A stretch of 64,000 bases of DNA from Bacteroidales bacterium. Lineage in GTDB: Bacteria; Bacteroidota; Bacteroidia; Bacteroidales; UBA7960. The DNA is taken from contig JAWLDT010000006.1 of the NCBI GenBank assembly GCA_041686485.1, positions 1,669 through 65,668 on the forward strand, read 5' to 3'. The notes beneath the pieces were generated by a model that saw only the letters and a program-made list of their open reading frames with translations, was not told the origin of the DNA and ran no database searches. A program made the translations under genes and the position numbers. Shown in pieces: positions 28,960 through 38,722 of the stretch (positions are counted from its first letter, which is position 1; every line of letters begins with the position of its first letter).

Positions 28960-31900
28960 TTATTCCCGCTCGCCCATTTCTATCTCCAGCGTGTCGGTTT
29001 CCTGGGGCATATCCCGCATCTCCTCCTGTTCATTAATAAAAGTCATCCTCTCTTTGGCTTCATCTAAAAGCACTTCGCCGTCGTAATTTTCGATGATACT
29101 TTCCAGTGTATGTTTTGCCTGAAACAGGTTGTCTGTTTCAATGTAGATATCCGATAACAACAAAAATGTTTTGGCCAGCCAGTAATCATATGCGGACATT
29201 TGATTAATGTATTCAAATACCTGATCTTCAGCTTCTTCGTAGTTTCCCTGCCTGAAGGTGATCAGGGCCAGATGGTACATGGCTTCGGCCGCCCTTTCAT
29301 TATCAGCCATTTCTTTGGCCTGCCGGAGAGCGTCTTCAGCCATTTCCCGGTTATCTTGTTCAAGCGCCGAAATCCCTATTATCAGTTGGGCTTCCTGTTC
29401 CACATCACGTGATACTTTATCCGTATCAATAACTGCGCGGCTGGCTTCGATGGCGTCTGCATATCGTTCCAGCCGGTACTGACTCCGCATTTGTCCTTTG
29501 CGTGCCACCAGCATATTGTTTCTGTATTCGGCAACTTCTTCAAGTTGGAGAAAATACTGATTCGCTTTTTCATAATGACCCATGTCATAGTGAATGGTAG
29601 ATGCCCGCAGCAAAGCATTTTCCAGAAACTTTGAACGGGATTGTTCAATCACGTGGGTGTAGCCTTCCAGTGCATGCTGCCGTTCATTGGTCTGGGAATA
29701 ACATTCTGCACGGTAGTACCTTGCATTGGTTGAAAAAATCCCATCCGGGAAGCGGTCCAGGTAGTTTGAAAAGCTTTGAATCGCCTCCTGGCAGTCGCCC
29801 TGCATATAACGATTTTCGGCTGCCTCATAGGTCAGTGAGTCTTCCTGTGCCGTAGTCATGTCCGCCATATTCATTTCCTCGCTAAACCGTACAAATTCAT
29901 CCACCCGGTCAAGGTCGACATAGATGCTGCGCATAGCGGAAAAAGCCTCCCGGGCTTCCGGAGTGCCCGGATAATCTTCGATAACCTTTTTGAATACTTC
30001 CAGGGCTTTATCATCTTCATTCAGGTTATAATGGATGAGGCCTGTTTTGAGGCGGGCACTTTTGGCATAGGAGCTGTTTGGATGTTGTTCGATCAGGCGG
30101 TTGAAATGGGTTTTTGCCCGATCATTGTTGTCAAGGATCAGCCATGTATCAGCGATCTCATACCTGGCATCATCGATAAAACCAGACCGTGGGTGATTGT
30201 TGATTAATGTGTTCAGGCTGGTCAGTTTCTCCTCAAATTTGCCCTGTATGCCCTGTACCAGACCTTTCTGAAATATGGCATAGTCTGTATCGATCACACC
30301 CAGGTTAATGGCTCGCTCGTAAAAGTCCATGGCCCGGGGATATTGTTTATTCATGAAATAGGAATCGGCAACACGGAGCAGGGCATCATTGTTCATCTGT
30401 GGCTTCTCTCCTGATTCGGCAATAAATTTCCTGAATGCTGATATCGCCCTGGGGTATCTTTCTTCTTTAAAATGCGCGTAGCCGATTGTGTAATGGGCCT
30501 GGTTGTAAATATCGAGGGTGAATGCCCCGGGCGTTACCAGGAATTTTTCATGGGCAGTGATGGCATCATCATAACGTGACAGCCGGTAGTAAGCTTCACC
30601 TGTCCAGTAAAGGCTGGCAGCGTATAATCCTCTTTCTTCCTCAAAGCGGCGGGTTTTATCAAAATGCGCAATGGCTTGCAGGAAGTCACCATTATTGAAC
30701 AGCTCCACCCCCCTGTAAAAGGAGACGCGCTGGTAAGCTTCCCGAAGGGTTGGACTGTCCATCCTGATTTCTTCAAGAGAAGACAGGGCGTTTTTATAAT
30801 TGCTGGTGGTCAGATACAGGTCTATCAAATGTTCGTAGGCCTCCTGCGTACGCGGGGACTCCGGATATGTTTCTATATATTGTTGAAATGATCGTATGGC
30901 TTCATTATAAGGATCGTATGACAGCTCAAGTGACAAAAGGGCATAGTTAAAAAGGGATTCACGGGCTATCTCATGGTCGAAATCCAGTTGATGAGCTTGC
31001 GTAAAAGCATTGCGGGCATATCGTTTTTGTCCGGTTTCAATGTAACAGGATGCAAGGTGGTAATGGGCATTTTGAGAGAGGGAATCTTCTTTGGTGGTTA
31101 CCCTTTCAAAATGGTCGATAGCTTCTTCATGACTGCCGTTATGGAGATAGGCGAAGCCGAGCTGATAATGGTCTTCCCGGGTTGCTCCCGAACGGGGTGC
31201 ACTGATATAATCTTCCAGGTAGGGGATGGCTTCGGCATATTGCGACTGCCGGAAATGTGCTTCTCCCAGGAGCCTTGATATTTCTGAAGAACGACGCGTT
31301 GTCCTGTCCTCCAGCAGTTTGGGTGCATAGGCCAGCAGGCTGTCAAAATTCTCCTGCAAAAAATGGATGTGTGTGATGTAATACGGAACAACAGGGCCAA
31401 AGTTCCGGTCGTCTGTCAATTGCTGAAGTGCAGTCAGGGCAGCATCATAGTTGCCGGTGATATAGGCAATATGTCCTCTGTAATAAGTGGCGGGGCCATA
31501 ATAAACGGATGCCGGGTCGGTTACCCTTTCAAAATATTGGTTGGCGGTGTTATATGATTCGGTTTGGAAGAGGCTGTATCCTTTTTTAAAGAGAAACTCG
31601 TCTTCACGGTCACTGTCAACGTCATTGGCATCCAGACGTGCGAACCAGCCGACAGCTTCTTCATAGTCTCTTTGCCGGTATTTCAGGTTGCCCATATGAA
31701 ACCGGGCTTGAGTTTTCCCGGTGTGTGAAGGATGTTCCCGGAGATATGCCAGAAGGAGTTCTTCGGCATCCGGGTTGAACAGTTCGGTGGCACAGATGGC
31801 TGTGTGCAGTTGGGCATTGGCGTAAACCTTACTATGCGGATCGTCAAGCTGTCGCAGGGTTTGCAAAAAAAGGTTGCGTGCTGCCCCGTACTGTTCTTTG

Positions 31901-32028
31901 TTAAAAAGCTCCAGAGCTTGTCGGTAAGTAGCTTCCGGCTCATCATGGATGGCTGTTCTTTGTGCTCCGGCGTACTGTAGTCCAAAAGCCAGTAGAATGA
32001 ACAGACACAAGGTTTTTTTTGTCATCAT
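28960..32028 (-). CDS. Large secreted tetratricopeptide-repeat (TPR) protein
   Basis: 1022 aa with a signal peptide (…LLAFGLQYAGAQ). The rest is many TPR-like A/Y/L-patterned 34-residue repeats. Confidence 0.75.
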   Translation of the reverse strand: MMTKKTLCLFILLAFGLQYAGAQRTAIHDEPEATYRQALELFNKEQYGAARNLFLQTLRQLDDPHSKVYANAQLHTAICATELFNPDAEELLLAYLREHPSHTGKTQARFHMGNLKYRQRDYEEAVGWFARLDANDVDSDREDEFLFKKGYSLFQTESYNTANQYFERVTDPASVYYGPATYYRGHIAYITGNYDAALTALQQLTDDRNFGPVVPYYITHIHFLQENFDSLLAYAPKLLEDRTTRRSSEISRLLGEAHFRQSQYAEAIPYLEDYISAPRSGATREDHYQLGFAYLHNGSHEEAIDHFERVTTKEDSLSQNAHYHLASCYIETGQKRYARNAFTQAHQLDFDHEIARESLFNYALLSLELSYDPYNEAIRSFQQYIETYPESPRTQEAYEHLIDLYLTTSNYKNALSSLEEIRMDSPTLREAYQRVSFYRGVELFNNGDFLQAIAHFDKTRRFEEERGLYAASLYWTGEAYYRLSRYDDAITAHEKFLVTPGAFTLDIYNQAHYTIGYAHFKEERYPRAISAFRKFIAESGEKPQMNNDALLRVADSYFMNKQYPRAMDFYERAINLGVIDTDYAIFQKGLVQGIQGKFEEKLTSLNTLINNHPRSGFIDDARYEIADTWLILDNNDRAKTHFNRLIEQHPNSSYAKSARLKTGLIHYNLNEDDKALEVFKKVIEDYPGTPEAREAFSAMRSIYVDLDRVDEFVRFSEEMNMADMTTAQEDSLTYEAAENRYMQGDCQEAIQSFSNYLDRFPDGIFSTNARYYRAECYSQTNERQHALEGYTHVIEQSRSKFLENALLRASTIHYDMGHYEKANQYFLQLEEVAEYRNNMLVARKGQMRSQYRLERYADAIEASRAVIDTDKVSRDVEQEAQLIIGISALEQDNREMAEDALRQAKEMADNERAAEAMYHLALITFRQGNYEEAEDQVFEYINQMSAYDYWLAKTFLLLSDIYIETDNLFQAKHTLESIIENYDGEVLLDEAKERMTFINEQEEMRDMPQETDTLEIEMGERE

Positions 32029-32055
32029 CAGCTATTTATATGAGGAATAAAAAAT

Positions 32056-32442
32056 GAGTAGGCAGGCCTGTAAGCCGGGTTCTGTGACACCTTTCAAAGC
32101 TGCCTCTTGTCATTTATCTGGAATAGTACTCACGTACTACTTCTAACGGCCTACCCTCCGGGATCGGGCGAGCAACCCTCAGTCCCCGGTTTATTTGGCC
32201 TTTCAACGCATAAGGTTTACCCCCTTATCCGGTCACCCGGATAAGGCGTGAGCTCTTACCTCACGTTTTCACCCTTACCGGCCCGGCCGAAGCCGGACGC
32301 CGGCGGTTCTTTTCTGCGGCACTTTCTCTCAACCTGCAATCGCAGGCTGGCTTCCTGTTAGGAAGTATGCTGCTCTGTGTTGCCCGGACTTTCCTCATCC
32401 CGCTCCTGTGACCGGGACGCGACAAGACGGCCTGCCTGACTC
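32056..32442 (-). ncRNA. rnpB: RNase P RNA (bacterial type A)
   Basis: The reverse strand contains the universal motifs GAGGAAAGTCCGGGC (P4 5' side) and ACAGAACCCGGCTTA (P4 3' side), plus GGTAAGGGTGAAA…GGTAAGAGC. The termini pair as P1 (GAGTCAGGCAGGCC / GGCCTGCCTACTC). The ends are approximate, within a few nt. Confidence 0.9.
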
Positions 32443-32475
32443 AGTATATAAATATTATAATGCCTGACGGATGTT

Positions 32476-33558
32476 TTAGTTTATTGATTTCGTATGATAT
32501 ACCGAAACTTCCGTGGCTCCCATTCCATAACGTGCAAATGCCGCATCATAATATTCAACATCATTCCTTTTTTCTAACAAACGGTGTAATTCGGTTTTAA
32601 GTGTACCATTACCCACACCGTGAATAAAAACGAGTTTTTTTATCTTCTCTTTTCGGGCTGCTTCCAGACATTGTTTGACATGGTCAAGCTGAAGCTGCAG
32701 CATATCAGCATTTGTCATGTTCATGGTTTGATCTGTGAGTTCGGCAATATGCAGGTCCACCTCAGCCATATTATCACCAACTATGTACCTGTCCAGAAAG
32801 CCCTCTTTCTGCTTCTTCTGTCGGCTGTCGTCCTGCACCTGTTCTTCCTGCTCTTTCCAGTGCTTTATCGAATCCGGTACATCAAAACGTTGATTCGCTT
32901 TGCTGTGCAACTCCTTAATGGTTGCCACTTTTACCGTGATGGCTTTTTGATGCAGCAAACTGTTGAAAACAAAACAGTCTTCTTTGTATATCTTGACAGC
33001 CTTGAAGACAATATGGTCTGAAAGTGGAGGCACCACTTCTGCCTTTCCTTCTTTAAAAAAGACAGCCTGTAACAGCGCATGACCCCATAGGTCAATTTCT
33101 GTTCGTTCCACCTTGCCCAGGTGATATTTTGAGCTGGCATCAATAGCCCCTGACAGCAATCCGTGATAGTTTCCGGATTTATTTTGATACAAACTGAATA
33201 GCGCCTGGTAGGACGAATGATTCACCAAATAAAAATCCATGGCACTACTCAGCACCTGCTCCTGATTCCGGGGGACCATAGCCAGGTAAATGCCCTGTTC
33301 AATAGCTTCGGCCTGATGCGGCAACTTCTCCAGGGAATCGGTTTTATGTTTCGCAGTTATACCACTTTCTGCCTTTTTGGCAGATGCCGGTGCATTTTGC
33401 TCCTCTCCTTCAGCTTTTATCAAATCACCCACAGCATAAGGAATCTCAAAACCATCATCGATAGCAACGTTTACAATCTGCTCATCAACAACGCGGGTGA
33501 CGATCCCACCCCCTCTTTCATTCAGAAATAATACTTTATCGCCTTCTTTAAATTTCAT
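32476..33558 (-). CDS. Smr-domain protein (DUF2027 N-terminal region + C-terminal Smr)
   Basis: 360 aa. The C-terminus (VDLHIAELT…KLVFIHGVGNGTLKTELHRLL) is Smr-like. The N-terminal pattern matches what I recall of DUF2027. Confidence 0.65.
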   Translation of the reverse strand: MKFKEGDKVLFLNERGGGIVTRVVDEQIVNVAIDDGFEIPYAVGDLIKAEGEEQNAPASAKKAESGITAKHKTDSLEKLPHQAEAIEQGIYLAMVPRNQEQVLSSAMDFYLVNHSSYQALFSLYQNKSGNYHGLLSGAIDASSKYHLGKVERTEIDLWGHALLQAVFFKEGKAEVVPPLSDHIVFKAVKIYKEDCFVFNSLLHQKAITVKVATIKELHSKANQRFDVPDSIKHWKEQEEQVQDDSRQKKQKEGFLDRYIVGDNMAEVDLHIAELTDQTMNMTNADMLQLQLDHVKQCLEAARKEKIKKLVFIHGVGNGTLKTELHRLLEKRNDVEYYDAAFARYGMGATEVSVYHTKSIN

Positions 33559-33613
33559 GTGAGATGGTCTCCTTAACCTGTTCTTTTTTTATTTAATCCC
33601 TGCAAATAATGTG

Positions 33614-33621
33614 CAAAAATA
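33614..33621 (-). promoter_or_regulatory. -7 promoter box TATTTTTG for the Smr-domain gene
   Basis: Reverse complement of caaaaata, about 55 nt upstream of ATG 33558. Confidence 0.35.
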
Positions 33622-33718
33622 ATACAAATCGATCGAATATATTTATACGTTTCGGCGTTAGGTCTAGAGGATGTTTTGTTATTTTAGGTTTAAAGTCGGC
33701 ATTCGGCTGAAAAGTTCG

Positions 33719-33726
33719 TAATTTTG
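33719..33726 (+). promoter_or_regulatory. -7 promoter box TAATTTTG for the flippase gene
   Basis: Matches TAnnTTTG, with 6 nt before ATG 33733. Confidence 0.45.
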
Positions 33727-33732
33727 GAGGTT

Positions 33733-35214
33733 ATGCAGGGAAAATTTGTCAAAAACCTGGCCTTATTACTATTCCTGAATCTGATGATCAAGCCTTTCTG
33801 GATACTGGGTATTGACCGTACAGTCCAGAATACGGTGGGTGCTGATGAGTACGGTTTTTATTTTGCGATATTCAATTTTTCCTTTTTGTTTAATATTTTA
33901 TTGGATTTCGGAATCACCAATTTTAATAACCGGAATATAGCCCAGAATAACCACCTCTTAACCAAACACCTCTCCAATATTCTTGTTCTGAAGTTGCTTC
34001 TTTTTTTTGTTTACCTGGTGGTCACTTTTGGAACTGCCTTGTTTATCCAATACAGCCAGGAACAATTAAAGTTGTTATACTTTCTTGCCTTCAACCAGTT
34101 TCTTCTCAGCTTCATCCTGTATTTACGCTCCAACCTGGGTGGGTTGCATCTGTTTCGCACCGATAGCGTTATCTCGGTGCTTGACCGAACCCTCATGATC
34201 ATAATTTGTGCGGTATTGCTATGGGGAAATGTGGTCGATGATTTTCGGGTCGAATATTATGTGTATGCCCAGACGGTGGGATACATGCTGACAGCTGTGA
34301 TCACTTTTGTCATTGTCCTGCAACATGCGCAGCGCCGTTTCCTGCGTTTAAGATGGAATTTTCCTTTTATCCTGGTAATCATCAGGCAGAGTTTTCCATT
34401 TGCCTTATTGGTATTGCTGATGACTTTTTATAACCGGGTCGACAGCGTGATGCTTGAAAGGATGCTGGACAACGGGGCCCGTTATAGTGGTATTTATGCC
34501 ACCGCCTACCGGCTGCTCGATGCAACGAACATGATCGCATATCTTTTTTCCGTACTGCTGCTACCCATTTTTGCCAGGATGATCAAACAGCAGGAAAATA
34601 TTGAACAACTCGCCAAACTGGCTTACACACTTATAATAACACCTGCCATTATCATTGCTGTAGGGGCATTTTTCTATTCCGAACAGATCATGATGCTGCT
34701 TTATCCTATTCATGAAGGTGAAACAGCGGCAGCATTTGCGTATCGTATTGAGGAGTCATCAACGGTGTTTGGGTTGCTTATGACCTCGTTCCTGGCTATT
34801 TCAGGCACTTATGTGTTTGGTACGCTGCTGACTGCAAATGGTAGCCTGTTCCGCTTAAATATGATCGCTTTGGCAGGTATGGTACTGAATATCATCCTGA
34901 ATTTTTCCCTGATCCCTGTTTACCAGGCAGTAGGCTCTGCTGCTTCAAGCCTGTTTACACAAATGGCGGTGGCTATAATTCAGATTTTCGTGGTAAAAAG
35001 TTTGTTTGGATTGCGTACCAACTATAAGCTTCTGGGAAAGATCCTCGTTTTTCTTGCCGGAACCGTTTTTCTAAACTGGATGTCGGTCATGTTGCCTTAT
35101 TCCTGGATAATTAATTTTGTACTAATGGTTGTATGTTGCCTGCTGTTAGCCCTGGTTATCAGGTTGCTGAGTATTCGCCACATCTACCAGCTGATACGTT
35201 ATGGTGAAACCTGA
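33733..35214 (+). CDS. Oligosaccharide/polysaccharide flippase (Wzx / MOP superfamily)
   Basis: About 493 aa with 12 or more TM helices. Its context is Wzz-like and O-antigen-ligase-like genes. The ORF-track start 33724 is TTG; ATG 33733 is preferred. Confidence 0.7.
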   Translation: MQGKFVKNLALLLFLNLMIKPFWILGIDRTVQNTVGADEYGFYFAIFNFSFLFNILLDFGITNFNNRNIAQNNHLLTKHLSNILVLKLLLFFVYLVVTFGTALFIQYSQEQLKLLYFLAFNQFLLSFILYLRSNLGGLHLFRTDSVISVLDRTLMIIICAVLLWGNVVDDFRVEYYVYAQTVGYMLTAVITFVIVLQHAQRRFLRLRWNFPFILVIIRQSFPFALLVLLMTFYNRVDSVMLERMLDNGARYSGIYATAYRLLDATNMIAYLFSVLLLPIFARMIKQQENIEQLAKLAYTLIITPAIIIAVGAFFYSEQIMMLLYPIHEGETAAAFAYRIEESSTVFGLLMTSFLAISGTYVFGTLLTANGSLFRLNMIALAGMVLNIILNFSLIPVYQAVGSAASSLFTQMAVAIIQIFVVKSLFGLRTNYKLLGKILVFLAGTVFLNWMSVMLPYSWIINFVLMVVCCLLLALVIRLLSIRHIYQLIRYGET

Positions 35215-35337
35215 TCATTGCCTGCTAACTTTCAGTGACCCTGTTCGTATAAAATTCTGTATTTTTGCGGCTGCTTAACTTCAATAATATTTGCTTCCTG
35301 TCGTTATTTAGTATAAATGTAAAATCAGTCAACAGTC

Positions 35338-36381
35338 ATGGATCCAAAAAGTAATGCATTTGATTCCACCAACGTGATTACCTTTCTCATAAGGTGGTGG
35401 AAGCATTTGTTTATCATTTGTATTGTTGCGGCCATCGCTGCGGCAATTTTTTCTTCCCCCCATTTCATTACGCCGAAATTTGAATCGACCGTTACCATGT
35501 TTCCGGCTACTTCCGGTAGTTTGTCAAGCTCTGTTCTGGCCAGCCAGGCAGCAGCGCGGGATGATTTTCTCGATTATGGTGAAGTTGAAGAAGCTGAACG
35601 GTTATTGCAGGTGCTTGAGTCTGGAAATGTTCGTGACCGGGTGGCTGAACGTTTTAACCTGATGGAACACTATGGTATAGATGAAGATGCTTCTTACCTG
35701 AGAACAGAACTGATTGAAACATATCACGGAAATATCTCTTTTAGCCGTACGCAGTATGGTGCCGTTGAGGTTACCGTCAGGGATGAAGACCCGGCCATGG
35801 CAGCTGATATTGCCAATGAGCTTGCCGCTCTGGCCGACACCGTGCAAAACGAATTGCGTCAGGAAAGAGCTGAACTGGCTTATAATGTCACAAAAAAACA
35901 ATATGAAAACCTGCTGGCCGACGCCCAACAATCAGAAGATACCCTTCGGAAAATTATGAAACAGGGTGTTTTTGACCTGGAAGGCCAATCTTCCATGTTA
36001 ACCCGCCAGTTGGCCAAAGATGTTTCTGCCGGCCATGAAGAAGGGGTACGGGAACTGGAAAACCGTCTTGAAAAACTGGGAGATTATGGTGGCGCGTTTA
36101 TCTACAACAAAGCTTACCTCAGTAATATCAGTGAGCACCTTATCGTGATACAGCGCCGATACCGGGAAGCCCAGACGGACCTGGAAAATTTTGTGCCCTT
36201 TAAATTTGTCCTGGACAAGGCCTACGAACCTGAACGCAAAGCGTACCCCGTAAGATGGCTGATCGTTGTGCTGACAACCTTTGCCGCCGGCTTTATGGGC
36301 GTGATGATATTGATGGTCTACGAAAACCTCCAGAATAAAGGGATTATTCAGTCGAACGTAAGATCTAAACAAAAATCATAA
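35338..36381 (+). CDS. Polysaccharide chain-length determinant (Wzz/PCP-like) protein
   Basis: 347 aa. The topology is an N-terminal TM, a long coiled periplasmic region and a C-terminal TM (…WLIVVLTTFAAGFMGVMILMVY…). Confidence 0.6.
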   Translation: MDPKSNAFDSTNVITFLIRWWKHLFIICIVAAIAAAIFSSPHFITPKFESTVTMFPATSGSLSSSVLASQAAARDDFLDYGEVEEAERLLQVLESGNVRDRVAERFNLMEHYGIDEDASYLRTELIETYHGNISFSRTQYGAVEVTVRDEDPAMAADIANELAALADTVQNELRQERAELAYNVTKKQYENLLADAQQSEDTLRKIMKQGVFDLEGQSSMLTRQLAKDVSAGHEEGVRELENRLEKLGDYGGAFIYNKAYLSNISEHLIVIQRRYREAQTDLENFVPFKFVLDKAYEPERKAYPVRWLIVVLTTFAAGFMGVMILMVYENLQNKGIIQSNVRSKQKS

Positions 36382-36388
36382 CCTTCTG

Positions 36389-37816
36389 GTGCTACGTGAT
36401 CTCAGGCTGACTTGGCTATATGGCGGTACCGCCCTGTTTACCGCGCTAAACCTGGTATTCATTATGTATGATGTATACTGGTTGTTAGCGCTGCCATTCG
36501 TGCTGGGCGCTATGTTGCTGTTTTTCTTTTCGCTGGATAAGCTTATTTGGATAATGGTTTTATTAACACCGTTCACCTTCAAATTCGAACATGAAGGGAT
36601 GGGGTTTACGGTCAATCTTCCGACAGAGCCGCTGATCGTGGCCATCATGCTGCTGTTCTTTTTCAGACTCATCTATGAAGGGAGCTATAGCAAACAGGTG
36701 TTAAAACATCCGGTCACCATCTTTTTGTTATTGCACCTGGTATGGATGTTTGTGACCACGGTGAGTAGCGAGATCCCCCTGGTTTCATTCAAATATTTTA
36801 TCGCACAGCTCTGGTTTATTACCACATTTTATTTCGTGGGCATCTATCTTTTTCGCAACATGCACAACATGTCACGGTTTATGTGGCTGTTTGGCTCGGC
36901 TTTGGTCATTGTTGTGCTGATAATAACAGCCAATCATTACCAGTTTGGTTTTGACCGTGATGTCGGCTACGCTGTTGTGCAACCTTTTTTCAATGACCAC
37001 ACCCATTATGCGGCAGTTCTGGCCCTGGTGGCTCCGTTTTTTATCCTCATGGCTTTCAATCCGGAGCATAGCGTTCTGCGACGGCGCGTGGCATTGCTGA
37101 TATTTATTGCTTTTTGCGTCGGTATACTTTTTAGTTATAGCCGGGCCTCCTGGCTTAGTCTGATGGTGGCTTTTGCCGGGTTCTTTATTCTTCTGTTCAG
37201 GCTTAAATTTCGCTTCATTGTGACCGGCCTGATCCTGGTCTTTGGTATTTTTCTTGTCTTCCAGACCCAGATCATCATGCAACTTGAGCGCACCCAGGAA
37301 GAATCATCCGGCGACTTTACCGAGCATGTCCGTTCCATTACCAACATCACTTCTGATGCTTCCAACCTGGAGCGTATCAACAGATGGCGCTCCGCCTACC
37401 GGATGTACCAGGAAAGGCCCGTGCTGGGATGGGGTCCAGGAACTTACCAGTTTGTGTATGCCCCGTTTCAACGATCCGAAGATTATACCATCATCACTAC
37501 ACATTTCGGCGATCTGGGCAATGCACACAGCGAGTATATCGGTCCACTTTCAGAAAGCGGGCTGCCAGGTATGTTGATCAAGATCGGCCTGACACTCGCC
37601 GTTCTCGCCACAGGTGTCAAATTATACAAAAAAGCCCCTACACGCGAAATGAGGCTGATCGCCCTGGGCCTGTCACTGGGCTTTATCACCTATTTTACCC
37701 ACGGCATGCTCAACAACTTCCTGGATACCGATAAAGCATCCGTGCCCTTCTGGGGAATGATGGCTATCCTGGTTGCCATGGATGTTTTCTTTGAGAAAAG
37801 AAAGGATGAAGGGTAA
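36389..37816 (+). CDS. O-antigen ligase / Wzy-like polymerase family membrane protein
   Basis: 475 aa, polytopic. It has the …FSYSRASWLSLMVAF… motif region typical of the Wzy_C/O-antigen ligase family and a large loop with HSEYIG. The start codon is GTG and uncertain. Confidence 0.65.
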   Translation: MLRDLRLTWLYGGTALFTALNLVFIMYDVYWLLALPFVLGAMLLFFFSLDKLIWIMVLLTPFTFKFEHEGMGFTVNLPTEPLIVAIMLLFFFRLIYEGSYSKQVLKHPVTIFLLLHLVWMFVTTVSSEIPLVSFKYFIAQLWFITTFYFVGIYLFRNMHNMSRFMWLFGSALVIVVLIITANHYQFGFDRDVGYAVVQPFFNDHTHYAAVLALVAPFFILMAFNPEHSVLRRRVALLIFIAFCVGILFSYSRASWLSLMVAFAGFFILLFRLKFRFIVTGLILVFGIFLVFQTQIIMQLERTQEESSGDFTEHVRSITNITSDASNLERINRWRSAYRMYQERPVLGWGPGTYQFVYAPFQRSEDYTIITTHFGDLGNAHSEYIGPLSESGLPGMLIKIGLTLAVLATGVKLYKKAPTREMRLIALGLSLGFITYFTHGMLNNFLDTDKASVPFWGMMAILVAMDVFFEKRKDEG

Positions 37817-37925
37817 ACCCCGCCATTATAAGCTTGTTATCGACTATCTGAAGCATATGTTTGCACAGGCATGGATAAAATCATGCCTTGTTCCCATAAA
37901 GTTTGTAAAGGACGGCATTATCCGT

Positions 37926-37933
37926 TAATTTTG
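37926..37933 (+). promoter_or_regulatory. -7 promoter box TAATTTTG for the nitroreductase gene
   Basis: Matches TAnnTTTG, 25 nt upstream of ATG 37959. Confidence 0.5.
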
Positions 37934-37958
37934 TCATTCAAATCAAAGCCTAACTATT

Positions 37959-38720
37959 ATGGAAACCATCAAAACCTTATTGAACCATAAAACAATCCGG
38001 AATTATAAAAGTGATCCCATCGACAAAAAAGTGCTTGATGAGATTCTGGAAGCCGGCTTTCGTGCTTCAACAACCGGAAACATGCAGGTCTATAGCGTGA
38101 TTGTCACAGAGGATGAGGAAAGAAAGAAGGAGCTCTGTAAACTGCACTTTGGTCAGAAAATGGTTGAACAGGTACCCGTTGTGCTCACTTTTTGTGCCGA
38201 TTTTAATCGGTTTAACAAATGGTGCCGGCAACGTAACGCAGCGCCTGGTTACGATAACTTCCTCTCATTCTTTACCGCCTCGATCGATGCATTGCTGGTC
38301 TCGCAAAATGTGGCTGTTGCTGCCGAGGCCCACGGTCTGGGAATCTGCTACATGGGACCGACTACCTACCAGGCCAACAAGTTGATTGACTTCTTTAACC
38401 TGCCCGAAGGCGTTGTTCCTGTTACCACGCTCGTGGTCGGTTATCCGGATGAAGATCCCGAACAGGTTGACCGCCTTCCCGCAGAGGGCGTGGTGCATCA
38501 CGAAACATATAAAGATTATTCCAAAGAGGATATCAATAAGATCTATTCCTATAAAGAGAGCCTTCCACTAACAAAAAGCCTGATCGAAGAAAATCAGCTG
38601 GAAAACCTGGCCCAGATATTCACCCAAAATCGCTATACCAAAAAGGACAATGTTCATTTCAGCCGCGAATTCTTGTCGGCCATTGAAAGACAAGGTTTTA
38701 TGAATCACGGTGAGGAATAG
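37959..38720 (+). CDS. Nitroreductase-family NAD(P)H-dependent oxidoreductase (NfsA-like)
   Basis: 253 aa. The N-terminal HKTIRNYKSDPI… and …STTGNMQVYSVIV… patterns are typical of the nitroreductase fold. Confidence 0.75.
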   Translation: METIKTLLNHKTIRNYKSDPIDKKVLDEILEAGFRASTTGNMQVYSVIVTEDEERKKELCKLHFGQKMVEQVPVVLTFCADFNRFNKWCRQRNAAPGYDNFLSFFTASIDALLVSQNVAVAAEAHGLGICYMGPTTYQANKLIDFFNLPEGVVPVTTLVVGYPDEDPEQVDRLPAEGVVHHETYKDYSKEDINKIYSYKESLPLTKSLIEENQLENLAQIFTQNRYTKKDNVHFSREFLSAIERQGFMNHGEE

Positions 38721-38722
38721 CC

